A stretch of 51,008 nt of DNA from Barthelona sp. PAP020 (taxonomy: Eukaryota). Below the pieces are notes generated by a model. It had not been told where the DNA came from and did not search any database. It saw only the letters and a list, made by a program, of their open reading frames with translations. Location: assembly GCA_040182905.1 (NCBI GenBank), contig JARQWU010000003.1, positions 62,001-113,008 on the forward strand, in the 5' to 3' direction. Positions 1 through 10,806 of this stretch are shown here, piece after piece (the first letter of the stretch is position 1; each line of letters opens with the position of its first letter). The position numbers and the translations under genes are program-made.

Positions 1-596
1 CAACATTCCATAATCTCATCATAATCAAGGGAGTTTCTATTTGGCAAAGGAACACGAAAATATGCATCTTTTAGTGAAATAAAATCCATGCCACACAAAC
101 CATAATCTTGCAAAAATTGGCTTATCATCCCAGTATGAGCTTCAAATAAACAAACTTCTGATTTCAATATTGTTCTTCCTTTCTTTCTAAAAACATCAAT
201 TAAATACTTTTTTGATGAATTGGTTCGACAAACTACTTTAAAGAACACATTTTCTTTTTCATGATATCCATAAATATCAAAAGATTTAACAATCTTAAGA
301 TTAATTAATCCATTATTATCACCAAAATTATTTAATAAATTGTTTAACAAATATTTCATTGAATCCAAAATAGTGATTGCATTTGAAGGAGCTAAAATGT
401 AGAAATATGGATAAAAACCATGAATATGTAAACAGCATTTCTGTCCACAACTACTGCTACCAATAATTCTTATTACATTGGCAAATTTTCCATTATCCTT
501 AATTTCTTTATCGAAATATGATTTCTTACTTGAATAATAATCAATGTGAACTATTCGACATGATAAATATGGTCTTTCCTTCAATCCATCGTTCAT
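1..596 (-). CDS. REV3: DNA polymerase zeta catalytic subunit (Rev3), N-terminal part; runs off the window's left edge
   Basis: Manual translation from the ATG at 596 gives MNDGLKERPYLSCRIVHIDYY...NVIRIIGSSSCGQKCCLHIHGFYPYFY...GYHEKE...LFEAHTGMISQFLQDYGLCGMDFI...FRVPLP. This matches Rev3 N-terminal motifs (RIV.xDYY, GQK.CLH.HG..PY.Y, EAH....QF..DY.L.GM). An in-frame TAA lies upstream at 680-678. Not in the ORF track. Confidence 0.9.
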   Translation of the reverse strand, partial: MNDGLKERPYLSCRIVHIDYYSSKKSYFDKEIKDNGKFANVIRIIGSSSCGQKCCLHIHGFYPYFYILAPSNAITILDSMKYLLNNLLNNFGDNNGLINLKIVKSFDIYGYHEKENVFFKVVCRTNSSKKYLIDVFRKKGRTILKSEVCLFEAHTGMISQFLQDYGLCGMDFISLKDAYFRVPLPNRNSLDYDEIMEC

Positions 597-962
597 AAAT
601 TCATGAATAAGAATATCCTGCTTTTCATTTTTTTTTCTCTCCTTTTTTCTTTGTGTTTCTTGATTTACAACAATTTTTTATGAAGTTATAATGGAATAAA
701 TTTTCAGCTTTTATCATTTTTTAATGATTCCATCAATACAAAAATCAATATTAAAAAAAAAATTTAAAAATTTAAAAACACTTTCTTTTATTGATTATAC
801 AATTATCCTTTAATGATCTAATTAACAACTTTCAATTTTTAAATCAAAATCATTTCTACAAACTTAAGATATTAATTATTGAGTTGCTTTTGTATTTGAC
901 GTTCCAACCAAAGAGCTCGGACTCTGTTCCAAGCGATATTTTCAATATTTTTAATCAAAACA

Positions 963-1062
963 NNNNNNNNNNNNNNNNNNNNNNNNNNNNNNNNNNNNNN
1001 NNNNNNNNNNNNNNNNNNNNNNNNNNNNNNNNNNNNNNNNNNNNNNNNNNNNNNNNNNNNNN
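963..1062. other. Assembly gap (100 N)
   Basis: Run of exactly 100 N, typical of a scaffolding placeholder. Confidence 0.98.
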
Positions 1063-2094
1063 TTTCGTTTTCTAATTTGATGAAATTGACACCAAATAAA
1101 CACCCTGAAGAACTCAGTGACTTATTTGATTTCATGGTTGAGCACAAAAATTTGTTGTCTCAAATCAGTGGTGCAGAACTATGCGACTTTTTAGAAGCCT
1201 ATCCCACTTTCACTGAGCTTCTGTTTGAAAAAATTGTTCCACACTTGTCTGAAATATCTCGATTAATCTTCGTTGAACTTTTACCCAAAAACATCATTTT
1301 TGAATTTCCAGCAATTGTAAAACCATTTTCTCAAAAGATTGAAATGATTTGTGATTTGAATGAAGAAATTAAACTGCAAAAAATCATCAATACAAGCCTC
1401 TCAACGCAACTTGAACGAGTTACATCCGTTGTTGCTTCGCTCGTTCAAAGCTAATCAAAAAATGTGAACACTCAAAATCAGCAAATCGATGAGCCAAACC
1501 AATAACCATCCCAAGACAACACAGTTGAAGAACTTAGGATTCAACTTTAGGCTACCCTATCCTGGGCTAATCAACTGGTCGAAATTGCCATCGATGAATC
1601 AGTTGAACTTCTAAAAAGTCTCACCCCAGCTCAACTGAGCCATATGTCTGCTAAGGCTATTAACACACACAGAATGTTCTTTGAATTAGATTCTAACACG
1701 CTTCATTCTTCATTGCCTCATTCATCGGGTCCAGATACCAATCAGTCTTCTTGGACTAACCCCATTGGCTCTCATTTCAACCGACTCTTTGACCATGTTT
1801 AATGTTGTTGACCGTGATCTGTGTCTCAAGGTATTTCCATCCCTGAAGCCCTTTGTGTATCAATTTTACTCAACCGACCTTGCAGAGTTCAATTATAAAT
1901 CACTTGACCTTGACCCCAGATCTGTCAACCGTGACAAATTTGATGAATTCATTGACCTTTCCATCAAAATGTATATCTCCAAATATCAATCGATCGCTGA
2001 AACAATGAGAAGTGCCTTTTTGGAATTCTCATCCTTAGCCACAGATTTTGCAGTATGTGGCTTTGAAGATCTGATGGCTTTGTGCGTGGTGTAA
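1063..2094 (+). pseudogene. Decayed coding sequence of unknown family (possible mobile-element or multicopy gene remnant)
   Basis: The frame of ORF 1077-1454 continues as protein-like text through stops TAA 1452, TAA 1503 and TAG 1548 (...VQS*SKNVNTQNQQIDEPNQ*PSQDNTVEELRIQL*ATLSWANQLVEIAIDESVELLKSL...). It then appears to shift frame near 1690 into ORF 1765-2094. It is less AT-rich than its flanks and abuts the gap. Confidence 0.5.
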
Positions 2095-3057
2095 ATTGTT
2101 TTTGTCCACTAAATTCTTTTTTATCAGCAGAAGGCAATTTCCAAGGTTTTGCTTTCTTATTTAATAAAACCTCATAATTCTTTCATTTGCAACATCTCAA
2201 GTAACATGAGCATAGGACTTGAACAAGAGTGAACTGTCTTTTGTTGCATTTGAAACAATCACATTGATGTTTGTCTTAAAAAGAAGATCAAGGCGTCGAA
2301 AGTTTGCTTTCTTTCACTTTAATCTTTCTTGTTTTAAAACCCTTCTTAGTTGTCTACTTTTCACTTGTAAGCTCTTCTTGTTTGGTTCTTAAGCCTTGAA
2401 CACATTGTTGACATGCTAAAGCTCACTAAGCTGCAGTTCGAAACGTCGATTGCGACAGGACACAACGCTAAGTCTGAGAATAAGCCTCCTCGAGGTAACT
2501 CATAGTGCTTACCACGCGATAGCATGTTTTTAGCTTTGTTCTTTTCAGAGGGAATCCATATTGGAATGTTCTTGTCGTTTAATATGTTGTCTTTTTCCAA
2601 ACTCTATTTACTGTATTCCACATCCCTGATTCTTATGTTTTGCCTTTCTGAAAGCACTTAATGCGACTGATTATCTGTCAGCTAGACCTAACAATCATTG
2701 AGTGCAAAATCTTCATCTATTTGCAACGCATCTTATGGGGTTTGTCTTCAGGAAGTAGCTCACCCACCCACAAGGAGATTGTCAGAGTGAAGATCGCTTT
2801 CTTTTGAAGGAATCTTCAGTTAGTATTCTCTTTTTTGGTTTCCAAAAATTAATTCCGATCAACCTGAGGCGCCAGTTCTCAAGTTTGGAAAGTTTTGGAA
2901 AACGTTTCGCACAAAGGAAAAATAAAATTAAAAGACTATATATTTTTTTACACGTAAAACACAAAATTTTCTCAAACTTGGTTATGGGTCATAGAGTTCA
3001 TATGTACTTACACACATACATACAAAAAATACTTTATCTGTTGACAACATATATATT

Positions 3058-6000
3058 TCACACCCAAGGTAACCAACCGGCGTATAATAAACACAAATTA
3101 TTTTCATCTGTTGCATCTTTTATCAAGACATCAATTTGGGCCTTAGGATTTAAAGAGAAACCACCCATTAGTCCTCTAATTTTTGAGTCAACTGTTTGCA
3201 GCTTCAATTCAGGGGTCATATCTTCATTTTCCAGAGAACCATCAACAAGATCATTGAGGATTGAATCAATTATCCCTGTGATACTCTCTCTATTATCTCG
3301 GAACAGATTTACAACCTTCAAACAAGTTTCACTAAAAAAAGTAAGCCCAAAAGGGCCTAATCCATGGACAAGATTCTGAGTCATTCGAAAAGGGATCAGC
3401 TCGGGGTATTTAAAAGATAACCCATGGTCAAAAAGAAAACCGAAATCGATGTGTTGTAAACTGCCATCTTCGTGGATCAGAATGTTCTCCAGATGTCGAT
3501 CCCCAAGACCAATATAATATCCTAGTATAGACCAAGTGGCTGTCGTTTTGATGTAATTATTTCGTTTATCAAGTAAAGAACTGTAAGATAGGGTACTATT
3601 AAAGGACGAATGAATGAAAAAGTTTCCAAAACATGCAGGAAATCTTTGAGTCAATCTATCCAAAGCAGACCTCATGATTACTCGCAATTCCTCATCACGT
3701 TCTTCTTTTGAATTGTTCAAAGGCTTATTTTTCATTGCAAGATCGATCTTTTTCTTTTCTCGATCATGTAAATCTCGGAATAATCGTCCTGTCCGCATAA
3801 AACTGTTCTCATTTCCGATATATCCAAACATTTGATATTGGTGCAATATTGTTTTTCGCATTGATTTGGTATTTGCTACAAACTCTAAAATACCACAGTT
3901 AATCAATAAAGGAACACATGCATATGTCGTGATGTTCTTTAATTCCAAATCAGTTTCATTCAAAGATGAAGAATTCTTGTTGTTATGTATCAGATAATTA
4001 TAAACATTGAATATTTCCATCGATCTATTATCCTGCCTGATATCGTCCCCAGATTTGGCAATAAATCCTCGTCGAGTACCATCCGCAAGGTCCAACTCAA
4101 AATAACGAGGTACTGCCTTACTAGAATAAGAGGAAATTTGATTATTCAAAGAACGAATGTATACAGGGTTCTTGAAATTATTCAAATTCTTCAGATGTGG
4201 CGAAAGTACAGTATCAGCAACAATGCTGCTCAGTAACTTCTTCATTTTATCGTTTTCTCGACTCAATATCTTTTTGGCAGATTTAGCCATTGGCATTCCA
4301 ATAATGTGGAACAATCCTTTTTGGACAAAATCAATGGTGTTCTTTGTGGCAGGTACAAATTCATCCAACAATTTGCTAACAATATTGTCATTTGCCACTT
4401 TCAATCTGGAAGGAAAAACAGCACTGTAGATACGTACTCCATTACTTTGCTTTTGCTCCCTTGGTTCACATTCATTTTCAGCATAAAGTGGAAAGATAAG
4501 ATACCATATCACGTTGTGAGGATAAGCAACCAATAATTTACGAAGTATAGTGACAAGAAACTCTTGAACTGGTTCTTGCTCACACCTTACATCAATGCCT
4601 TTGTTACGTTGCATATTTTGTGGACGATATACACGAGAAACTATCATATTAATCAAGTGAAACAATCTATTCAATGGAATATCGTTTAGTTCATTTGAAA
4701 CATGATTCTTTAAAAGTTCAAATTCAATACCTTCTTGATAATAGGACAAACATTTTACCAACAGTAATAGCCATTGTTCAATGGCCAGTTTCCATACAAT
4801 TGGATCACCAAATATGGTCGCTTGTACATAACTATTCAATGTGTCTTTAATGACATCATTCATTGATGAATGCATGATCAAAACTCGTTGTGATTGGGGA
4901 AACAGATGTAAATTTTCTCTCCTTCTGCGTCCAATTGCATTTACATTTAACCCTTGAATTTGGGAATCATTCAACCAAGGTTTTTTAATTCTTAATTGTG
5001 GATTGGCAATACCTATCATTTCACAACCAATTTTGGCAACTAAAAGATGAAGATCTCCCAAATCGTTATAGTATTCATTGCCAGACGATCTAGCACGACC
5101 AGCAAAATTCAATAAAACCATTTGAATCTCTCGTGGCGGTAATACTTCCAAATCACAAAATTGGTGGGAAATAAATGTCACTATCTTGATTTTTGAGTCG
5201 ATATCACTAACTTCCTCTAATGATCCGAGAATACTAGTGGCATTATCAATGAATTCCATTCTTTTTGTTTTAATTTCCCTTAACCTAGCCAAATATTGAA
5301 TGTGAAGAATCTGTCCATCCAATGAAGCATTGTTCAACAAAGACAATGATCTTTCGAATAAAGAATGTTTGAAAAGATATTCAACTGCAAAAGGTAGCAT
5401 AAATCCATCAAGGTTTCCTAATTTCTTCAGCAGTATTAAAGTGTTAAAGGTCAAAACGTGATTAAAGTGCTTTAAATTTTTAATCTCATCAAATTCGGTA
5501 TTAGAATTCAGTTCCTCATTCTTCTTGCTGGAAATCTCAAAAATTTCAGTTAAACCTTTCTGAAATTGGTCCCAAACATTGATGATTCTTGTAAACTCCT
5601 GGAAAGTTCGTTTACCGAAGTATTTATTGAACGTCAAATCCCTCAAGCTACATAATCTATCTTCGACTGATGAAGCGATATTTTCTTCGCATAAATCAAC
5701 ATCAACAGTTTTGAAAAACAAATGATCTTCGTTATTCGTAATATGCCATTGTGAAGCATCCCAACAACCACAAATTTCAGCATCAACTTCAATCTTTGCT
5801 GAAAACTCACATAATGACTCTCTCCATCTTCCATATCCATACATTTCTCTGTTCATCAATTTACTCATTTTGCTTTGATTTAATAGCATACCATTTTCTT
5901 CTTCATCATCATCTCCGGTTTTCATTTCATCATTTGATAACACTCTATGTTTTGCCCAACCATCAAGTATTTCACCTCTTGCAAACCATACACGTGCCTT

Positions 6001-9000
6001 TTCATATTGCATTGTGTCTAAATAAGCAGAAATCAATAGCTCACGATCAATGCCTTCTAAAAAATGAGTTAAAGGACTTAAATAACTGTGATTGATGACC
6101 CTTTGTTGTAATGTATCACCAGATAATCTGGAAGGGATAATCCATTCAATCACTTGTTTTTGCTCCAAGCTTTTATCGATTTCTTCAACACGCGATTGAT
6201 TGTCAGATATGGACCAAGCAAAAATGTAGTCTATTGCTCGTAATATGCATAAGCAATCGTTTTTATTGTTGGAAGAAAAGATTCGATTGAAACACTCAAT
6301 TGTTTCAGAACATTTAACCCAATCTTGCTTCTCTAGCAAACGAACAATTTGACATGCAATCAATAAAGAACACGCAACAGGAACGTAGCGACCTAAGAGT
6401 TTTCCAACAGTCACCAGACCTCTCATGTCGCCATCATCCAACACAAGTTCAATGAGCTGAGTCAATTCGCTGTTCAAAAGCATGTTTCTCATGAATTGAT
6501 CACTTTCTAAAAAGGGATCTATAATTAGTTTTTCACGATCATCAAACAATCTTAACAGAGAAATCATAATTGGCTGTTTGGTATTGGAATCTACATGCCC
6601 CTTGGAGTATTTAAGAAGTTCTGTTGTACATAAACCAATTTCACAATCATTTGAGGTGGTTGTAACCAAACTTGGAATAAGATACTGTTGCAATAGGACG
6701 AATATCAAATTTGTGATGGAGAAATTATTGACCTGGCTGAAAGGAAAGTTTACATATAATTTCTCAGTAGAATGTTGAGAATACCCTGATACACACAATA
6801 TCTTTCCCGCAATCTTCTTCAAATAGTGTGTGTTTTCAAACCTAGCCAACCCATTTGCTACCTCATCCAACAAAATCTCAATGTTTTCAACTGCCTGTCC
6901 ATAAATGTAATGCTTGTAGGTCAATAACAGAGATATCAATAAAACAGGCAGATTTATCGAGATTGAATCTGAAAATTCTATCGTTTCTACATCAAAAGAA
7001 TCAAAATTCCATAGATCATCCAATTGACTGTCTAATTTTTCCACAAAATAAATCTCCTTGACCGAGATTATTTGTAAAATAGGGATCTCATTTAAATCTG
7101 CAACGACTAACAATCTATTGACAAATTTTAAAAAGGATGGGAAAAACATAGCCAAGACACGATAATCACATGAAACCAAGATTGATGCTAATTTTTTTGA
7201 ATATTTTGAATGTTTCACAACTTTTGCCGGTAATTTTTGCAAAAAAGATTCAAAAAGTTCAATTTTTTCATCCCAAAATTTCTCAAGCAAAGTAAAATCA
7301 TCTGTTGTGAGAAACGATATACAAACTAGCAAACCACCTGTCAGATGAATAATCTCTAAAAGAATAGTATAAACAAAGTGTTCAGTGATGTTTTGATTAT
7401 GAAAACTCTCATATTTATCAAGAAAAAGAAAAATTGTTTCAAATAGAAAGACTGTTGATTCAATGGTTGATTGAATATGTGGAATATGTTGTATTTTATG
7501 TTTATGTGAACTGTCAGTAAGTTTTTGCCTATCAAATAAAGGAACTGAGAAAAGTTCTTGAATATGTTTTAAAAAAAACAAATGAAAGGACAAGAGTTTA
7601 GTAGAATAAATCAATTGTGCTTTTAATGGTAATAAACTATATATTTGAATGTGTAAATTCAGGAGAATGAATTTTTTTTTCATTGAAGGTTTTGATTTGA
7701 AAGACAATCTAAAATCCAAAAAGATATGAAGGTATCTAACTTCTGACATGATCATATTAGCACCAGAGTTGATTTTGCGAGAGAATTCTTCAAAAGTAGT
7801 CAACAATTGATGCTTTGCTAAAAAATTAGATACAATCATATATCCTTCAACCAATTTTCGTAATATTTGTTTATCATAAGAATATAATGGTATATCTGGA
7901 AATTGAAAGAAATCTAAACTATCTAATAATATTAAAAATAAACGTTCCCTTTCTTTCATTTGTTCGTTATTATTCAAAAAAGTATTCTTAAAAAAAATCA
8001 ATAAAAAATTCAAATATTTGTATAAAGTTTGTAAATTTTCAATAAAACAAGCATTTATCAAAGCATATGCTAATATTGAATTGTTTTCTTTTTGAATAAT
8101 GGTTTTATTCGATTCATCAGTACTAGCAGAGTAGAAAGGTTTTTTTAAAACCTCATGTAAATCATCCAATAAATAATGTTGACGAATTTCATCTAAAAAT
8201 CCTTTTTGTATCTTATCTTTAGTTAATTTTGATATGTAAAATGTTTCTTGTTTGAATTCGATTGGGTTTTCTCTTGATAAATTTTGTTTAAACATCTTGG
8301 AATTTACAAAATATTCAATAAATTTGATAAATACTATGGGATAACCAATTGTTAATGAATCTTTGGATGATAATAATAAAACATCAAGAATATTATAGGA
8401 ATGGATCAAAAAGAATTGAGAAAACCACCAAGAGATAAAAGGTTTAAAGAAATCAATGGTTTTAATGTAAGTACGATGCGTATAATCTGTATCTACTTTT
8501 GTTATAGCAATACTTTGTAATAATGCTGCATTTTTCCAATGTACAATGTTATTTGTCTCTGTAAGACATTCTTTCTTCAAGAAATCTATGGTGAAATTAA
8601 ATAGTAAAGCAAAATTCATATTTGATGCCAATAGGTCAGTATTTTTAAGCATGATATATATGTATTGAAACTGATGAAATGAATCTCCATACCTTTGATT
8701 ATTTTCATTGCATGCAATAGTCGTCGTCGTTGTTGTTGATGTAGTAGTAGTGTTACTAGATGACATATTGACAATCATTTTAGAAGTTTGACTTTGATTA
8801 GAACTATGCAACCGTTTATCACTACCTCTTAAAATCTTATCAACAAAATTCAACACTATATCGTTATGAAGAATTTTTCCCAAAATTTGAAAAATATCAA
8901 CACTATAATCAATGTTATCAATGATATTTGTATCTAACAATTGAAATATTTGTTTTGGATCATACATAACAATTTCTAAAAACCAATGTAATGTAAACAA

Positions 9001-10530
9001 TCTTATTGACTTTGGAAACAGATTATTGAGCAAATTTTCTTTTAAATCTGGTAATATTCCATAGAGATCATTAGGTAAATCCAAAACATTCAAAAATTCT
9101 GATTCTGATTTTGAATTAAAAGAATTTTGTTGAAACTGAAACAATAATTCAATCCATTTCTTTTTTCCATCAAATATTAGCAATTTAACAATGATTTGAT
9201 TCAAAACATCCAAATTTTTACTAAAATATAACAATTTTTTAGTAAAAATAGGTTTTTCTGTTGGATTTTTCAAATATTCAAACAATAAAATTCGATCATC
9301 AGTAGATAATTCAATCAAATCCAAACAATTAGCCCATAATTTAATTTTCGGTGATTTAGACTCCCTAAAACTTTTGAAAAATTCTTGAAAATATTTACTT
9401 GGTATATAACCTTTGTCAAGAGTTTTTTTTAAAGCATATATGATACAAAAAAGAGAATTTTCAGCAATAGTTGTATATTTTAATGATTGTATCAATTTAT
9501 CAATATAAATCATCGAATCAAAATCAATTTGTCCTTTGTTGTGTTTAGCAGACTTGTATAAACTTGCCAAGGTATACAATAATTTCAAAACAATTACAGA
9601 AGGCTTTTCAATCTTGTTATTTTCCATTCTAGCATCAATACACCAATTTAATTCAAACAAACAATCAATACATCTGAAACTAATAAAATTACTCAATTGT
9701 GGATGTAATGTCAATGGGATTAAATTGGAACACTTTAATATTAGCTTAAACCAAGAATTTGCTATCTTTAAACTGTGTCCTTCATATCCATCATTGCCTT
9801 TTTTGATATTATCATCAGGCAGCAACAACAATTGTTGATATATCATCTGACAATCCATATGTAAAGGAGAATCAATCTTTTCCAAATATTTCCAAATGTT
9901 TACCAACCTTTTACATATTATTTGCACTTCTTCTGATAAATGCATACAAAACCGTAAAAGAGGTGATGTTATTATCAACAAATCAACAGAAAAAAAGGTC
10001 TGATGCTGAAAAACATTTTCAAACATCGTCAACAATAGATTAATAATATCAATCGTTGAATTAGATATAATTCGAGAAATTTGACTGGAAAACATTCTTA
10101 AAGCATCACAAATATCTAAAACAAATTGATGTTTGGAAAGAAAATAATTGCAAAAAGTCAATAGTATAGTGACAAAATCATAAAGTTGTTTCAACGAACT
10201 AAATTGAAAACTCATCCATGTTTCATGTTCAGCTATTATGTGTGTTGGTAAACGTTTGATTAATCTTGGAAAAGCTGTGATTGATAACTCAATGGATAAA
10301 TCAAAATTGTCTTTACTGATTAATAATTCAAATATAGTTTGCATTATATCTTTCCAAAATATCGGTGAAAAAGATTCAATGTTACTTTTAATGTATAAAA
10401 ATATGTTTTCTTCTTTTAAGACATCTACATCAGGATTCGAACACATGTAAGTGAAGAAGTTCAGAATACTGGTAATCGATGATATTATCTGTGAGGTATC
10501 ATTTGAGTTATTGGTTTGATTAAATGGCAT
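3058..10530 (-). CDS. ATR: PIKK-family kinase, ATR/Mec1-like (2490 aa)
   Basis: The C-terminal PI3K-like kinase domain has AKSGDDIRQD, GYYIGLGDRHLENIL, HIDFGFLF and PELIPFRMTQNLV, with a FATC ending LYAGWLPWV*. The N-terminus is long and helical. Motif pattern fits ATR better than TOR, ATM or SMG1. Confidence 0.8.
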   Translation of the reverse strand: MPFNQTNNSNDTSQIISSITSILNFFTYMCSNPDVDVLKEENIFLYIKSNIESFSPIFWKDIMQTIFELLISKDNFDLSIELSITAFPRLIKRLPTHIIAEHETWMSFQFSSLKQLYDFVTILLTFCNYFLSKHQFVLDICDALRMFSSQISRIISNSTIDIINLLLTMFENVFQHQTFFSVDLLIITSPLLRFCMHLSEEVQIICKRLVNIWKYLEKIDSPLHMDCQMIYQQLLLLPDDNIKKGNDGYEGHSLKIANSWFKLILKCSNLIPLTLHPQLSNFISFRCIDCLFELNWCIDARMENNKIEKPSVIVLKLLYTLASLYKSAKHNKGQIDFDSMIYIDKLIQSLKYTTIAENSLFCIIYALKKTLDKGYIPSKYFQEFFKSFRESKSPKIKLWANCLDLIELSTDDRILLFEYLKNPTEKPIFTKKLLYFSKNLDVLNQIIVKLLIFDGKKKWIELLFQFQQNSFNSKSESEFLNVLDLPNDLYGILPDLKENLLNNLFPKSIRLFTLHWFLEIVMYDPKQIFQLLDTNIIDNIDYSVDIFQILGKILHNDIVLNFVDKILRGSDKRLHSSNQSQTSKMIVNMSSSNTTTTSTTTTTTIACNENNQRYGDSFHQFQYIYIMLKNTDLLASNMNFALLFNFTIDFLKKECLTETNNIVHWKNAALLQSIAITKVDTDYTHRTYIKTIDFFKPFISWWFSQFFLIHSYNILDVLLLSSKDSLTIGYPIVFIKFIEYFVNSKMFKQNLSRENPIEFKQETFYISKLTKDKIQKGFLDEIRQHYLLDDLHEVLKKPFYSASTDESNKTIIQKENNSILAYALINACFIENLQTLYKYLNFLLIFFKNTFLNNNEQMKERERLFLILLDSLDFFQFPDIPLYSYDKQILRKLVEGYMIVSNFLAKHQLLTTFEEFSRKINSGANMIMSEVRYLHIFLDFRLSFKSKPSMKKKFILLNLHIQIYSLLPLKAQLIYSTKLLSFHLFFLKHIQELFSVPLFDRQKLTDSSHKHKIQHIPHIQSTIESTVFLFETIFLFLDKYESFHNQNITEHFVYTILLEIIHLTGGLLVCISFLTTDDFTLLEKFWDEKIELFESFLQKLPAKVVKHSKYSKKLASILVSCDYRVLAMFFPSFLKFVNRLLVVADLNEIPILQIISVKEIYFVEKLDSQLDDLWNFDSFDVETIEFSDSISINLPVLLISLLLTYKHYIYGQAVENIEILLDEVANGLARFENTHYLKKIAGKILCVSGYSQHSTEKLYVNFPFSQVNNFSITNLIFVLLQQYLIPSLVTTTSNDCEIGLCTTELLKYSKGHVDSNTKQPIMISLLRLFDDREKLIIDPFLESDQFMRNMLLNSELTQLIELVLDDGDMRGLVTVGKLLGRYVPVACSLLIACQIVRLLEKQDWVKCSETIECFNRIFSSNNKNDCLCILRAIDYIFAWSISDNQSRVEEIDKSLEQKQVIEWIIPSRLSGDTLQQRVINHSYLSPLTHFLEGIDRELLISAYLDTMQYEKARVWFARGEILDGWAKHRVLSNDEMKTGDDDEEENGMLLNQSKMSKLMNREMYGYGRWRESLCEFSAKIEVDAEICGCWDASQWHITNNEDHLFFKTVDVDLCEENIASSVEDRLCSLRDLTFNKYFGKRTFQEFTRIINVWDQFQKGLTEIFEISSKKNEELNSNTEFDEIKNLKHFNHVLTFNTLILLKKLGNLDGFMLPFAVEYLFKHSLFERSLSLLNNASLDGQILHIQYLARLREIKTKRMEFIDNATSILGSLEEVSDIDSKIKIVTFISHQFCDLEVLPPREIQMVLLNFAGRARSSGNEYYNDLGDLHLLVAKIGCEMIGIANPQLRIKKPWLNDSQIQGLNVNAIGRRRRENLHLFPQSQRVLIMHSSMNDVIKDTLNSYVQATIFGDPIVWKLAIEQWLLLLVKCLSYYQEGIEFELLKNHVSNELNDIPLNRLFHLINMIVSRVYRPQNMQRNKGIDVRCEQEPVQEFLVTILRKLLVAYPHNVIWYLIFPLYAENECEPREQKQSNGVRIYSAVFPSRLKVANDNIVSKLLDEFVPATKNTIDFVQKGLFHIIGMPMAKSAKKILSRENDKMKKLLSSIVADTVLSPHLKNLNNFKNPVYIRSLNNQISSYSSKAVPRYFELDLADGTRRGFIAKSGDDIRQDNRSMEIFNVYNYLIHNNKNSSSLNETDLELKNITTYACVPLLINCGILEFVANTKSMRKTILHQYQMFGYIGNENSFMRTGRLFRDLHDREKKKIDLAMKNKPLNNSKEERDEELRVIMRSALDRLTQRFPACFGNFFIHSSFNSTLSYSSLLDKRNNYIKTTATWSILGYYIGLGDRHLENILIHEDGSLQHIDFGFLFDHGLSFKYPELIPFRMTQNLVHGLGPFGLTFFSETCLKVVNLFRDNRESITGIIDSILNDLVDGSLENEDMTPELKLQTVDSKIRGLMGGFSLNPKAQIDVLIKDATDENNLCLLYAGWLPWV
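8718..8757 (-). repeat. Mixed trinucleotide tract encoding poly-Thr in the PIKK
   Basis: tcgtcgtcgt tgttgttgat gtagtagtag on the + strand encodes NTTTTSTTTTTTI. Confidence 0.8.
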
Positions 10531-10806
10531 GAAAAAAAAAAGGTGATCACAATATGCAGGGGTAACTTCTTTTTCTTATTTATTTTTTGCCACAAAGTCC
10601 CTTGTTTTTCTTTTATAACAACAATTTTTTTGATGAAAAACAATTAGTTTTCAATATATGCTTCCTTCTTTTCATTTTTCTATTAAAGACAATTGAATAA
10701 CTATTATTATCAATTTAATAATATTTATTCATTAATTAACACAATGGTTTCAAAAATAGAAATAAAAAAATAAAAAAAATCATTTTGTACATATTATTTA
10801 CAACAA

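Noticed and set aside
791..1147. ORFs 791-1075 and 872-1147
   Set aside because: They stay open only because they cross the 100-N gap.
2804..10450. Plus-strand ORFs overlapping the PIKK (2804-3379, 3985-4236, 5751-6095, 9536-9838 etc.)
   Set aside because: Antisense shadows of a long conserved gene, mostly with non-ATG starts and no motifs.
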